From Epiperipatus broadwayi (Eukaryota > Animalia > Onychophora), in NCBI GenBank assembly GCA_028023455.1, contig JAQFVV010000005.1:7378001-7442000 (forward strand): 64,000 bases of DNA, read 5' to 3'. Positions within the stretch are counted from its first letter, which is position 1. Each line of letters begins with the position of its first letter. The notes beneath the pieces were generated by a model. That model saw only the letters and a program-made list of their open reading frames with translations, did no database searches and was not told the DNA's origin. Shown here in pieces: positions 26,202-40,820 of the stretch. The translations under genes were made by a program, and so were the position numbers.

Positions 26202-27071
26202 AACAAGCAAAACTCTCCATACAGTAGTGCCACCCTGTGCCAACCAGAGTAATGAATGAATGCCAGAAAGCTTGTGCATAAAATCCCCATCTAGTGCCTA
26301 CTCATCCAATATCCCCAGACTGTTTTCTGACTTGTGGTCTTTGGCAGTGAAGAGCCTTGGATATGAGAGCACTGCACCTACATCTTAGGATCTAATGCAA
26401 CCCTCCAGCAGCCACCTTTTATCTCTACTTAACTACAAAACTATGAGAATGAAAATAAAAACAATAATATTTTCAATCTAAGCTCAATAGCTTATATACT
26501 CATATGGGTCTGAATTCAGTTCAGCACCAATACATTTTGGTGACTTTGGCTCTTTAACAACCATAGCCATCACTATCCTATTAGGCAGGATTGGTGTTAA
26601 ACCACTAAACATCATATGATCATCATCTCTTATGCTAGCACATCCTGCCTAATAGGATAGTGGTGCCTATGGTTGTTAAAGAGCCAAAGTCACCAAAATG
26701 TATGGGTGCTGAAATGAGTTCAGACCCATATGACTATATAAGCTATTGAGCTTAGATTGAAAATATTATGGTGTTTTCAATTTCATTCTCATAGTTCTAT
26801 AGTTAAGTAGAAATAAAAGGTGGCTGCTGGAGGGTTGCATTAGATCCTAAGATCTAGGTGCAGTGATCTCAGATCCAAGGCTCCTCACTGACGAAAACCA
26901 CAAGCCAGAAACTAGTCTGGGGATATTGGATGAGTAGGCACTAGATGGGGATTTTATGCACAAGCCTTCTGCCATCCATTGATTACTCTAGTTGGCACAA
27001 GGTGGCACTACTGTATGGAGAGTTTTGCCTGTTTAATAAGTTATGTGCTAGCATAAGAGATGGTGATCATG
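26202..27071. mobile_element. Family B hammerhead repeat, inverted pair of ~1 unit each, 15-bp TSD
   Basis: Minus arm 26202-26641, plus arm 26642-27071; TGAAATAATAAATTA at 26187-26201 and 27072-27086; ribozyme copies at 26312-26353 (-) and 26882-26923 (+), both partly decayed. Confidence 0.9.
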
Positions 27072-27830
27072 TGAAATAATAAATTACTTTTTAGGTTTAT
27101 ATTTTAAATGGTTCTGGTGTAATAAACTGGTTATTAAAATTATTTTACTCCTACCATTAGCTTCACAATAGAATCATTTACATAAGACTTTTTTTTTAAA
27201 AGAAAAAAATGAATTATTTTTCTATTATTTAAGTTCAAACTCATTAATAATTAAAATATTAAAAAATATATTTCTCAAATTTTCTAAAATATTTTTATTT
27301 TTTAGCAACTGCTGCCATTTTTTTTACAGTAATTTTTATCAAAAACTTCAACAAATTTTTTTAAAATTTATTATTCACAATATTAATTAATATATAGTTT
27401 ACATATTTCTTATCATCATCATCAATAGCAATTTTACAAATGAGTAATATTAAACCAGTTTCCAGAAGAAAAAAAATGCATAAGTGATAAATTATCCTTG
27501 AAATATAAATAGACTCACATATAATAGTAATAATAATAAACAGCCACTTTACTGGTTTGGCAGAATTGAATTGCTAAAACATCTTCATGCCCACCATTTC
27601 TTTCATCTGATAAACAGTAGCAACTTGATCAATACAACCAGTGTAAGCCATATTATTCAAGGGATTGATAGGCACTAGGCAGGAATTTTGATATCCAAAA
27701 TTTCTAACATCCATTGATTTCTATGGCTTGCACTACGTCAGTACTTCTCAAACATTTTGATATCAAGGCCTCTGCAAACCAATAATATATTTCCTGGCCC
27801 CCATTAACTAACTATATTTATAATGTAATA

Positions 27831-28148
27831 CCGCAGTCCCCAACCTTTTTGCACTTAAGAGCACATTCTATAATGCTGGCCAGGTGGCGAGCACCATTTA
27901 TTTTTTCAATGTAAATTTATAGTTGGATATTGTTAATAATGCACATAATGTATAAAGAAATATATATTTCAAAAAATAAAATTTTAACATTTGATTACAA
28001 TATAATACAATAATTTATAATAAATTTAAAAAATTAAATTTATTTGTATCAGATAAATAATTTTTTATCGTGTTCGGATAGCGGCGGGCACACATAAAAT
28101 GGTCTGTGGGCGCCATGGTGCCCGCGGGCATAGGGTTCGGGACCCCTG
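27831..28148. mobile_element. hAT (Charlie/Buster-type) MITE
   Basis: TIRs CCGCAGTCCCCAACC / CAGGGGTCCCGAACC (reverse complement of right end); 8-bp TSD ATGTAATA at 27823-27830 and 28149-28156 with central TA. Confidence 0.88.
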
Positions 28149-28349
28149 ATGTAATATATACATAGTGTATTATGAAAATGGGAGTAATAAAAATTTTACA
28201 TTTGAGCAAAATCATAATATTTGTTTATTACACTTATAACAAAGTAGTTACAATTTATTATTATTATTATTAGGTATATATATATTAATATAAATATGAA
28301 ACAAAACGTATTAACAATATTCAGTAATAACTTTTATTTTTTTAATAAC

Positions 28350-30110
28350 AATAATGTTTAATGAGATGGATGTGACTGGATAAATATCTGGCAAAATATT
28401 TGAAATTGCAACTCTTAAATATTTTCTAATGTTTCTTCTGATACAGATGATCTATTTTTATTCTTAATTAGAAAAAGCGATGAAAAAGCAATTTTATATA
28501 AATAAATTGAAGCAAAAGGAATCAGAATATTTATCACTGGCTAAAAAATGGAAGGATATTCTTCTTGTCTGCAATTCCAAAATTCTGATATATTAGAATT
28601 ACGAAATTATTTTTCAAGTGTCATATCTGCTCTTATTTCTATTAATTGATCCTGAGGTCCAGTAAAGGAGCAAATGGCAATCTTATCTAATTATGTTCTT
28701 TGTTTTCATCAAATTGGAAAAATACTTTTTGGAAAAAATCGTATAATTCTTTTAAGTTCAGATATCAAAATATTATTTTCTTCAATAAATTCGTAAAGAG
28801 ATGGAAACATTTCGATATTACAATTTTTTATACTATGTGACCATCTAGATAGTTTACTTTGGAAAGTCTGATTAGACATAGTATATTTGTACTTTTTCCT
28901 TGCAGAGAGAGATTCATTTCATTCACTTTTTCGAAAAAATTCATCAAATAAGAAATTAACAACAACCACCTTTGATCACCAAATTGGGTTGCTAATTTAT
29001 AGTTTTTAACAATCATTCTTCTTTCAATGATAAAATCTTTTTAAGAACTTTTCCACAGATATGCAAGATAGCAATCTCACTTCTGTATGATACAAAAGCA
29101 TTCCATAATTAGAATCCATCTCTTGACATAAAATACAAAACAGTTTTGTATTGGTAGCATTGTTTTTTATGTAATTTACTATATTCAAAACTTCTGATCA
29201 TATTTTATTAAGATATTCTTCCATTTGTTGAAAAATTAAATTTTTCCTGTGAATAGTGCAATCAATGTGTCTTGCATTCTCACAAACTTTTTTTGGCATC
29301 TGCTACAAATCCTAATCTGCCAGTCATAGCTGCAACACCATAAGTGCAAATTCCAATATTTTTAATCAAGTGCATTTTCTATAAGAAAAATATTTACTTT
29401 TTAAAATATATCTGTTTCCTTGGTTGTACTAAGATGTTTGCAAAATAGATCTTAATGAATTTGAAAATAATGCAGATATCTCACAATCAACATTAAATTA
29501 ACATTGTTTATATTGTCAGTTGATTTATCAAATTAAATGGCAAAGTACTTGCTTTGTCTTATTCATAACATTAAAATAGACATAATATTATTGCCAATAG
29601 AATCTAGCCTTCTTTTAATTGTGTTGTTGGACATGAGAATTTTCCTTAACGGTTCTGAAACTTCGGAACCATGAATAGTTCCACAAACTTGTATTGCTAC
29701 CAATAACACTAGACCTTCATGAATTGTATGAGGTTTTTTTCATTTTAGCTACCAAATAAACAATTTCAAAGGAAGCTTTCAATAATTTGTCATTTAATGT
29801 AGTTTGTTTTGAAAAGAATGCTGGTTGTCATTTAAATTCTTCAGCCTTTCCTTGGAAAAACTATTTTTATACATAGCATGAGCATTTTCCTAGTGGCAAA
29901 TAAGTTTGCCTGGCTGCATATAATTATTTGATAAATGCTTTTAGCAAATTATGCACAATGGTTTGTTAGGATAATTTTTCAATTGAATAAATCCATACTG
30001 TATATATGTGGCATCATATTTTCATTTTTTTTTTTTTTTGATATTTTTTGTCGCTTATCTCCAGCTTTAAAAATAAACATGGATTGTGGTTGTTCCACTG
30101 CGACTAGATC
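28350..30110 (-). pseudogene. hAT Buster/Charlie-type transposase, degenerate
   Basis: KYDATYIQYGF..PLCIIC, FAI*FDKSTD, AAMTG, CTIHR, YHTEVR, DQRWLLLISYLMNFFEKVNEMNLSLQGK. Confidence 0.85.
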
Positions 30111-32539
30111 AGATGTTTTTTTACTGGCTAATATTATCATTTTTTGCTATATCTTTTGAACTTTTTCTGATTAACCACTTAATGATTAATATTTTAAACC
30201 TAAAATAGTTCAAATCTCTTACTGATTGAATCCCAGAATTTTGCTGCAGTTTCCTTGCTACATATCTGTATCTTCTACCGATAAGCAAGAGACACATGAT
30301 GGAAACACATTAGACTGAGCATATATTACATGTCTCAACACTAGTGACTAGGCATGAGTGATCCAAATATTCACACACATTCTCACACAAAAATCACAGC
30401 TACTTATGTATTGGTCAGACAATAACTTTCTAACAGTGCAATCTCATAAAATAATGTGCATGTGATCTTCTGACAAATTTAATTCTTCAATTTTGATAAA
30501 TGGTGACAACATTTTGATGGACAACTTTCTCCTGATCAGAATATTATTTAATATTCACTTTAAAAATGAATTTATTTCTCTTTTAGAACATTGTAAATGT
30601 GTTTAATTCAGTCTTTATACATAAATTTGTTTTTTTGCCAGTGACTTTCATCACTGGATTTTTAGAAGAATTGGTTTATAATTTTTTTTTGTTTTTTGGA
30701 CCGGTTACTAAAGTAGTATTTGTGATATTTATTTTATTTCTTTCATAAAACTATATTTTTATCACCATATGATCATTATTACAACAAATTCACGTTTGTT
30801 AGTGACAAAATAAAGAAAATTTATTTTATATTGTTATTGGGTATTTAAGCACAACGTTTTTTTAACAATATAGTAAGAGAAGTAATATATTTCTAATATA
30901 TCAAATAAAGTATGTGTTTTCAAGGATGTTAATTAATTTTAATATTAACTTCTGCTTAGAATTTACTGGAATAAGAAAATTAAGAAATCAAACTCCAGGG
31001 TTAGTATTACAATGCAGTCATTAGTCACCAACTGGACAAAGATAAAATTAAACCATTATTCATACTTAAAATAAATAAATTTTATATGTCTATTTATGAG
31101 ATTGCAGTATTAAAAATACAAATGTTGTAGATTAAAATTCAGAATTCAAACAATTTGTAAAGCAGCCATTGAACAGATTCAAGGAGTCCATAGAAATAAC
31201 TTGGAGATCAGTAACACTTCTCACTAAATTCTGTTTAATGGAAGTAATAAAAATTATTAATATACAGATAAACTTGAAACTATACTGTCTAAGTGCATAT
31301 GAATATATAACATTCACATCTAACTAGTTTTTATTCCTCACAGAAACTTTTTCAAGATGTCTACTAACTATTATTTATATGACAAGTTATTTTATAGGTA
31401 TCTGTTAATGGTCATCAGTGAAATAAAATAAATAAAATCTTATTAATTTTTATTCTATATTATACATGTTAAATCTATATATTTTGTAAAAATTTCCAAT
31501 GATTGAAAAATAATTATTTCCTCTCTAAATTGTATAGATCCTTTAACCATGTTGACACATTTTTCTATATCTTCTTGAATATTCAAAATGTCAGTATGTT
31601 TCATTATAATTTTTAATATATTCTAGAGCTTGTATATTTAGTTAACAATTCATTCTGTGGTCTGTAATTTAAAAAAAAACATGGCATGGTTCTGCTTTTT
31701 TATGTTTTTTTGCTACATGCCCCATCTTTTCTTTGTGATATCTTTTGAATGACTAGAGGTAATAGATGTTAAAGAGAAAGAAAATAGCAGTTCTAAAATG
31801 AAAATAAAAAATGATAAAAGAAAAAATACTTAAAAAATTTTAATTATTAAAAATATGAAGAATGAGAAAAAATAAAATCATGCAAATAAAAATACAAATA
31901 AGTTTTAATATATTTAATATGTATGCATAAAAAATTGCCAGAAACCGTAAAATTAGATTGGAAGAATATAAAGCTAAGGATAATGTTAACAGCATAAAAC
32001 AAAAATAATGTAAAACAACAATTGTAATGATTGCAATGTTTTATTTGAATTATTTTGGAAAAACCACAAAGAGGTAAGGCGAATTATAGTGTGAATAAAA
32101 AAGATATAGATAATAGAATGAATTGTGAATAGAAATTACATGTTTTAGGATATTTTAAAAATCATAACAAAAAAAGATTTAGTGAAACTATTTATTTAAG
32201 TTAATATAGATATGTTAACGTTGATAAAGTACATATGCAATTATATGGAAAGTTGTAACTGCTAGTAAATTTAGGTAAATCAAAACAAAAATTGATTTTA
32301 TAAAATGTTATTTATATGGATTATTATAATAGGCAAATAAGTATAGCCCATTGTATCATATTTTCACAAATTAATAAATAATTAAAACTGAAAAAGTTAT
32401 ACAACAACAAATATGTTATTTAATACAAAAAGATTTCTGTCTATAATTTATTATTATCCTTGGTAAAATATATAATTTACTGTTACAGTCACAAAAATAG
32501 GTTTCTGTGAATATTAGTAACATTATCTTAAAATTATTT

Positions 32540-35125
32540 TTTTTTATGTTAGTTTGGTTAATGGTAAAATTCATATTATTTTATAGTTAACTTCACATTC
32601 AATTTTAAACTATTTAATTTTGATTAACTAAGATTTAATAGATGTAATCTTAAATAAAAGTGAAATGCATTTTTGTGATCAATTTTCTTATCATTTGTTA
32701 AGAAATTCGTTAGGATATAATTATGTTTTCAAACTGTCCTTTGGATTGATCAATAGTGAATTGACTCTTGAGATATCTTGATCAAGTACTGTCTGATAAA
32801 GTAAAGAACTTTGTAGTTTTTGTATATGGATATAGTCATTGCTTCAAGAAATATGGAGTAATACCTAAAACCGTTTTTAAGAAAATGACAAAAAAACATC
32901 AATTTAAAGAAAAGTTACCTGCTGTGGAAGAGGTGTTATTTTTGGGCTTTTTAAAAGGCAAAGAGTTATAAACATCCTGATAAGATTACCATGATATAAA
33001 ATTTCCCACCATCTATTAATAGGCTGTTGCAATCCTTCCTGGGATTATGCATTTTTACTACACGTTTTATCAAAACTTTGCTGATAACTTTTCACTCTTA
33101 GTTTTATTTCTAAAAAAGGACCAAAGATGGACTTGAGAGTCCTAACAAGATGATGATTTCCATCATATTAAAAATAAGTTCTTGGAACAAGTAGTTCTAG
33201 CTTATCTGGACTACACTAAGATTTTTTATCTTCAGACCAATAGTAGTAATCCAGTTTGGTGATGCTATTGTTTCAAATTGATGATGATCATCATCATAAA
33301 GTATTATATTTTTGTAGTTGAACTTGCTGAAAAGAATTACATTACTATTGAGACAAGATCTCTAGCCATAGCATGGGTCTTCAGTAAATTTAAGCAATTC
33401 TTGATAGGGTCAGTTGATATCATTATTACTGATCATAAGAGCTTGGAATTTCTCAACAGTAGTTATTTGAGTAATGACTAGTTAATTAGATGGAGCTCAT
33501 TGTTGCAATAATTTACATATAAGATTATCTATTGCAAAGACACTGACAACATTATAGTGTATATCCTGAGCTGTAATCCTATAGACATACCCCAATATCA
33601 TCAGGAGTTGATTGCTGCCATCACACTAGCCACTGATGAGTCTGTAGAAAAAAATCTATAATGTCATCATGAATTACTGACAATAGACTCAAAATATGCA
33701 AAGATTATGGCATGCTAGAAAGGTCAGCCTTCCCCATTACATTCCGATGCTGAAAAGTTCCAGAAGATGAGAAAAGAATATAAATTAATGGATGGGATAT
33801 TACATTACAAAGTAACAGAAGAAGGTTTATGGAGATGTCTTGTACCCAAAGAATTTAATTTATTCTAAAAGGGTGTATATTGCCTCTACAGACATTTCAG
33901 TCCATGTAAAGTAGAGCATATACTCTGGTATTTTACTGGCGGAGCTTGTTTGCTAATGTGCTGTCAGTCTTAGAAACATGTCACATTTGTTCATAGGCAA
34001 AACACAAGTAAATTCACAGGGATTTTACAACCTATCTTAGCTCAGAAACCAAATGAATTGCCAGCCACTGATTTTTATGGTCCCTTGCCATCATGCAGAC
34101 AATATCGATACTTGCAGGAACAGCAGTTTCTAAAGGTAAGAAAATGCCAGTTCATATAAATCATGGAACTCCTAAATCCTGTCAATGAAAACAATGGACT
34201 CAACAATAGGACATTCAGCATCTGCTAAATTTCCATACCTAATCCCCAATCAAACCTGTGTGAGAGGGTTATGAGAGAGCTGAATCATTTGTTTCAGCTG
34301 TATGTAAGTAAGAATGATAGGGAATTGGTCAATCAAACAATATCAAATATATTAACTAGACTCAAAATGAATCCACAGGATTCTCCTCGATAACATTACA
34401 CTTTTATAAAGATTATTTTAATTTTAAAAATGCTTCTACCAGTGATCTGGGAAAGGATTGATATAGAACATGATAAAAAAAGGCTCCTGCAAGATTAGAG
34501 CATATGACCAACTTGTGAAGAAAATGAGGAAACCAGTAGCCATGCCAATACAATATGGAGGATTGCATTTTTGTGAGAAAACTGCACATCAGTAATCATA
34601 CACAACATCAGTATAAAAAGTTTTTTCCTTTTATATAAAGTCTCCATTCACAATACAAAATAAAAGTAGTCATAATGCATTTATTCTTGAGAGTGAATCT
34701 GGCATACTTGGGTCTTATAACACCCAACATCTTTGACTGGCAGGGCTAAAGAGGTGAGGCAATATAGAATAAACAAATAACAATAATTAACATTACTTGG
34801 GAGGTTAGTCAGTTGGCAGATGGTAGTACAAACATTTGTCAAGTGTAGTTTGAAAAAAAAAAGGAGGAGAAAGAGATCTAGAGTAAAATAATTTTATTTT
34901 TTTTCCTTTTTGTACTGAAAGTGCAGTTGAGACACTTGACCAGGTCTCAAATTTTTTTTTTTTTTTACATTAGTTTGGTTAATATTAAAATTTGTATTAT
35001 TTCATAGTTCATTAAATTGTAAATTATTTAATTTTGATTAACTAAGAGATTTAATAGATATAATCTTAAATAATAGTGAAATGCATTTTTGTAACATTTT
35101 TTTTATCATTCAATAAGAAATTTTA
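32540..35125 (+). mobile_element. Ty3/gypsy pol relic (RT C-terminus, RNaseH, integrase) between ~170-bp direct repeats
   Basis: EVLFLG, LQSFLGL, AEKNYITIE..LAIAWVFSKFKQFLIG..TDHKSL, TDFYGPLP, NPQSNLCERVMREL; purine tract ~34852-34873; repeats at ~32540-32710 and ~34960-35125 (possible LTR remnants). Confidence 0.85.
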
Positions 35126-37135
35126 TAAAAGGACTGCTTAATCTGAATAAAATGGTTTTAAATCTATTTAAGGATAAGGAATTTAAGAAATAGACAATTT
35201 ACATGCATTGGGCATTGTCATAAAGGAATTTGTTAATGTAAATTAATTAGATCAGAATTTAATAATTGTAAAAAATGAGGCTTATCTGAAACGATTTTGG
35301 GGAAATTGTTGCTGAGAAGATTTTAGAAATTTATAAAAGAACAATAGTAGAAGCCCTACAAAAACATTCAGTTTTATAAATTTATTCGGAATATAAAAAG
35401 AACAAGAAAGAATATGCCAATCTGTTTTACATTGTATAAAGACAGTTTTGAACTTCACTTCCATGTTATTCTAAATGTTGTAAATAAATTAAGCAAGGAT
35501 GCAACAGAAATGAAGCACAGTGGTCTTCATAGCCAATATGCTCTGCTAAGCTTTCAAAAGTAAAGTTCTCTCTTCAGGCTATAGTCTCAGCATTCATATG
35601 AAGCCAAATTCTTAATCAACTAACCATCTGCACTCATAAGATACCAATTCTGCCATGGACAAATATCAACCGATCCCAGTAAGAATCATGATGAATAATC
35701 CAAAAAGAGTATGTACTCATTTCAAATTTATTTAGAAAGAAAATGTTTGTTACTCATTATGGACTTATAGTAAATTAAAATGAACTTTTATCCTAAATTC
35801 AGTAAGTCATAAGTGATTATTGAATACCATACAGTATTATTTAATGTTTAGAGTTAAGTTAATATTATATAGCTGGTTTTAGATTAATATATATAATTCA
35901 TATTTTTATTAAATATGGATTTTTTTATTATATGAGAAATAGTAATAATAAAATATGAATGAGGTAAGCTTTTTAGTTACACATTTGAGAGCAAACACGT
36001 TATAATGACTAGATTTTGTTTTTAGTCTTTATTTTATTTTAAAAGAAACAATTTCTTTTCCTCTTCATAATATTAAAGATTGCAAGTTTTGTAATCAGTG
36101 AATTTCTTCCAAATAAATAAAAGAAATTCATTAAACTGTTATTTTCAGCATAGTTATAATTATATTTTCAAGTGATAATTCAATATTTTATATTTATGTG
36201 TAGTAGATTAGAGAGAGAAATTACTTAGGCTTATACTATTATTATAACACTTATGTATATAAGTGTCTTGTTACGAAGTATATGTATGCAAAAGCATGGC
36301 CTATTTGTAACTCCACTCAATATATATTTGTTTAACATCAAGAACTGTGTATTTCTCACTATCTTAACAAAACCTACTGAATCATGATTAGTTACATGGC
36401 TACTATTTAAACTAGTACGTAAATAATAAATTTTTGGGTAGGTTATTTGTACACCGGTTAAACTTTGAAATAGCTTCCTATGTATTATATTAATAATCTG
36501 ATATATAATGCAAATTATTTACTATTTGTTTGTTTTTATTTCTTGCAGCTATGGCATAATCACACCATAACTTGTATTATAAAGAAGATCAATTTTGTAT
36601 AAATAAATTTTATATTAGAATCTGCAAACTTAAAAACAAAAGTGAAAGTTCTTTAGTTTGTGTACATTTATAGAATTACCATTTAAGAAAATTATTTCAT
36701 TTTTTAGTGAAGCTTAAACTATGTGGAAATATTGATTTTTTTTTTTTAAATAATAAATTGACTCTATCGTGCAAAGGAAGGGCATATCTCAGTAACAATT
36801 ATATCTGGATACATGATTATATGTATTGGTGTATTTTTTTTGTGTGTATTTTTTATAAATCCATTATTGAATTTACATTTTTTTTAAAAATAAACATATC
36901 TATAATATTTGCTTGCATTTGTTGTTGCTATCTACCTTCCAATTGTTTTACTGAATGAAATCTCTATTTTTGATCTAGCTCTGCTATGTAAGTTTACCTA
37001 TTTATAGACAGTACTATTAACCCATCAATATGTATTGTATCACAAAAAGTACATTTTCTAGGCTGTTAAAAGCTTGGTGGCACACTCATGTGGTCAATAT
37101 ATAGGTGATTGTTTGGTACATTATTTTCTGTATGC

Positions 37136-37219
37136 AATTTAATATCAAATTGATTTTCATTTACATATGAACCTTCTCAAGTTTCCATATGTGAATGAAA
37201 ATCGATTTGATATTAAATT
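37136..37219. repeat. 34-bp-arm hairpin
   Basis: AATTTAATATCAAATTGATTTTCATTTACATATG ... CATATGTGAATGAAAATCGATTTGATATTAAATT. Confidence 0.8.
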
Positions 37220-38547
37220 AAATTGTATACTTATGAGTTGTCTATTTTTTCAATTTACAATTGTTTAAGAGTTTATAATTTTTTTGACATTATATTCATA
37301 TAATGAAAAATGACTATAAGAAATGATATGTATATATATTTAATACTGCAATGTTTGTTGTATAATTTTTTTCAAGTTATTTAATTATATATACTGTATA
37401 TTGAAAAGTAATAAGATCGTATTCATTCATATGACTTGCATTATTGATTATTAAAATAATTTTGTTTTGTGAAGACTAGATGATAGATATCTTTAAAAAA
37501 TCTTGTTAAGAATGAATGTTAATAAATTTTATTTAAAAATTAAGTTGTCAATTACCATGCTTTTAATATGAGATTGAATTTGGACAGAATATTTAAATCA
37601 CTGCCAATCCAGCTAATTATATAATACTAGTGATTGAAAGATAAAGCAATTATTAGAAAAATGTTCTCATTTTCCACTATTATTTCTCTATATGGATCTG
37701 CTGGATAACCTTTCACCTGCAGTAGGACATATAAAGATTTTAATCATTATCTTTACCGTATTACCCATAAACTCAAACATATCTTTATATGTGAAATCAT
37801 TTATAAATTTATATTTAATAGTTTCCCTGGATATATTATTTCATATGATTGTTAATAAATATTTTCAATATATTATAATGTGGTTTTGGCCAGCTCTAAC
37901 CAAGTGGTGCATTACAAGTCTCCTTAATCAAATAAGCTTCAAATGGGAGATTTACTATAAATTCCTGTATAAAAACAAAAATTGCTGTAATAAAAAAAAA
38001 AAGAATGTAATAAAATGATTAAATTTATATCATATATCTATATGTAAATTTATATTAGATAATTATATATATAAATAAACAGAGATCCACAAAATTTGTA
38101 AAAACCTTCTGTAAAACATTGCATAAGTTACCAAATTAAAATTATAGATATTACAATGTGATTTAACAATTCAATTAAATCTAAAACTTTTTTTTAAAAA
38201 AAATTAAAAGAATTAAGATAAAATTTAATTAGAGTTAAATTTAATCAGTCATAATTAAAGGTAATTAAAAAAAAATAGTAAAAAGAAACTTAGTTTAAAA
38301 ATAAGATCAAAAACAAGCAAGGGTTTTTGTAACAACTTTTTCTGGCTCAGGAAAAAGCTATTAAACAGAAAGAAGAGAAAAGTTAATACAATATCAGTGG
38401 AGATCCAAGATGTACATTATCAGCATTGAATAAATTGAAAAAAATTAATTCCAGCTAAGGAAGCATTCTTACTTCATCTCAGAAAATTCACTGTTATAGG
38501 GTTTGTTAGCACTGACATAAAATCAGACAGCTAGTTTGTTTAAATTA

Positions 38548-38734
38548 TTTAGAATACATTTGTTCATATTTTTTAAAGTTAACAAACTAACATGTTCGAG
38601 AAAATAATTTCGAAAAAAAAAATGAAAACAATTTTCAGGGTCGAAGTATTTGTTTACATTTTTTCCCCTCAAAATTATTATCTTCAACATGTATAGCTTG
38701 TTAACTTTAAAAATATTAACAAATGGATTCTAAA
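38548..38734. repeat. Diverged fold-back / MITE-like inverted repeat
   Basis: ~62-bp imperfect arms at 38548-38610 and 38672-38734. Confidence 0.6.
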
Positions 38735-39229
38735 TTGAATGTTAATTTTAAAAACTTTGAATACATTTTTAAAATAAACTCCATTCACAACTCGAACAGA
38801 TAACACGTGGCTAAAATTATCATTTTTTAAACATTTGTTAACACATAGTGACTCTTTTAATATTCCTTCTTTGCTCATCATTTTTGGAAATATAGTTAAA
38901 ATTTGGAATCTTTCATCTACAGAACAAGATGCAGTGGAATATTTTCAGAATTACTGGATAGTGCTCTTTATGTCTGAACAGAGATGCAATGTGTAAACAT
39001 GTTTTATGTGCCTATCTGTTTGAAAAGGAACGTGTTTAGAATGCTCCAAAATATTGTGAATACATTGAGATTAGTTTACAGCTGATGTAGTGAATTTACA
39101 TTAAAAAAATTAATTACAATTCTTTGGACTTTTGTGTTTGTTTTATTTATCATTATAATAAATTTTAAAAAAAGAGTGAATATTGAATATGATAACTTAA
39201 GAGTCAGCTCTACTGTTTATACTAGAAAG

Positions 39230-40820
39230 CCCTGAAAATGGATTATTTAAAATAAAATGACTGGCAAGCTTCCAGCAGGGATTTACATAAGTACCAGAAT
39301 TATATAGCAATAAAAAAAACAAGAAAACAAAGTATTCTCTATACTTATTACTACTTCAGTGTTGCCCAGAATTTTAAATGAAAAAGTGAGACATCCAAGT
39401 CTATGAAGGGAAAAGCTCCAAGTTATGATGAAATTATAGTAAATATTTTTAAAGAAGCCAGTAAAGAGATAGAAAAATTATTGGTTAAATTATATACCAA
39501 ATGTCTAAATGATGAAGATGTAAACCACAAGACTGGAAGAATGCAAAAGAAATATTGATTTTTTAAAAAAGGTGATAAAGATTTTAAAAATTACAGACAT
39601 ATCACACTTTTATCAGTTCTATACAATATTTTTACTAAGATAATAACAGTTTATAAATTTTAAAAAACTAAAAAAATAAGGTGAAGTTAAAAGTGGTTTT
39701 AGCATAGTGGATTAGCCTCAAGTATTGAGATAAGGTATTAAAAAAAAACAATGCTTTGCATTTGTACATTATCAAAAGAATTTGATTTTATAAACATTTA
39801 TATAGTGATTAAAGCATTGTTGCAAAGGGAACAGACTCAGAATATTGTCATGTTCTAAAAAATATTTACCAAAATAAAGCAGCAATGATTAGACTACATA
39901 GTGATAGTAGAAAGATTAATAATGACAAGGATGTATGACACTTGAATCCTGTCTTTAAAATTTTTACTGCACTATTACAAGAAGTATTTTGTGGGTTAAA
40001 ATGGAAAGCTAAAGAAGTATAAATATATGAGATTATTTCAGTCATCTAGATTTTGCACATGATGAGGTTTTTGCAAAAAATGCTTCAGAGCTTCAAAAAT
40101 GTTGCAAGAGTTAACAGATGAAAGTAAGAGATTAGGATAGAAATTATTTAAGTCATTTAGATTTTGCACATGATAAGGTTTTTGCAAAAAATCTTTCAGA
40201 GTTTCAGAGAATGTTGCAAGAGTTATCAGATGAAAATAAGATTAGGATAAAAATAAGTGATAAAAAGAGTGTTCAATGGATTTTCTCAAAAAAAGATTGA
40301 TAACAATGAATTAGAAGAAATTAACAATTGTAATATCTTGATCAGATTATTAATAAAGATGGAAACATGCTTTTAAGATAAATAAAAGAATGGTTTACAA
40401 TAATGTATTTTACTAGTTCTTACCTATGGATCTGCTATGTCAACATTTAACAGGTAAGAGATTCAGACCCCTTAGACCATTCAATGAGGTATGGAGAGGA
40501 GTGACAAAAAGAGATTGAAACCGAAGGCTGAGAGAAATAAGTGTTTCTGATATCATTGAAAGAGTTAACAGACTAAAGTGGAGGTAGGATGGATATATTT
40601 CTAAAAGAAATGATAATAGATGAATGATTAAAATCTTAAACTGGACTCCAAGGGATTGTAAAAAACCCAGAAAGAGACAGTATTTAAGATAAATAAATAA
40701 GAAAGTTTGCTAGTGTGATGTGAAAAAAAGAATTTAAAAAAATCAAAGAAACTTAATTGAATATAGAGAAACTTTTTCTGCAGAATCAATATTGGTTAAC
40801 CTGATGATAGTGATGATGAA
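39230..40820 (+). mobile_element. RTE-clade LINE relic, 5'-truncated, with (GAT)n-like tail
   Basis: MKGKAPSYDEI, YRHITLLSVLY, FAxD motif duplicated (~110-bp tandem duplication 40030-40250), LTYGS, LKWR..RNDNR..KILNWTPR; tail CTGATGATAGTGATGATGA at ~40801. Confidence 0.85.

Noticed and set aside
27715-27755. Minus-strand CTGACGT...GAAA hammerhead-like motif
   Set aside because: The region is better explained as a decayed plus-strand family B fragment; the helices do not form.
35290-35720. Protein-like remnants on the minus strand here and at ~19560-20100 and ~56600-57300
   Set aside because: Stops are frequent and the motifs are too weak (single IPYI-like or IF..FN-like hits) to assign a family by eye.
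36540-39100. Possible short spliced exons of a host gene on either strand
   Set aside because: Splice-like sites exist but could not be joined into a consistent recognisable protein; RNA-seq is needed.
40801-40820. CTGATGA as a ribozyme core
   Set aside because: It is part of the (GAT)n-like 3' tail of the RTE LINE.
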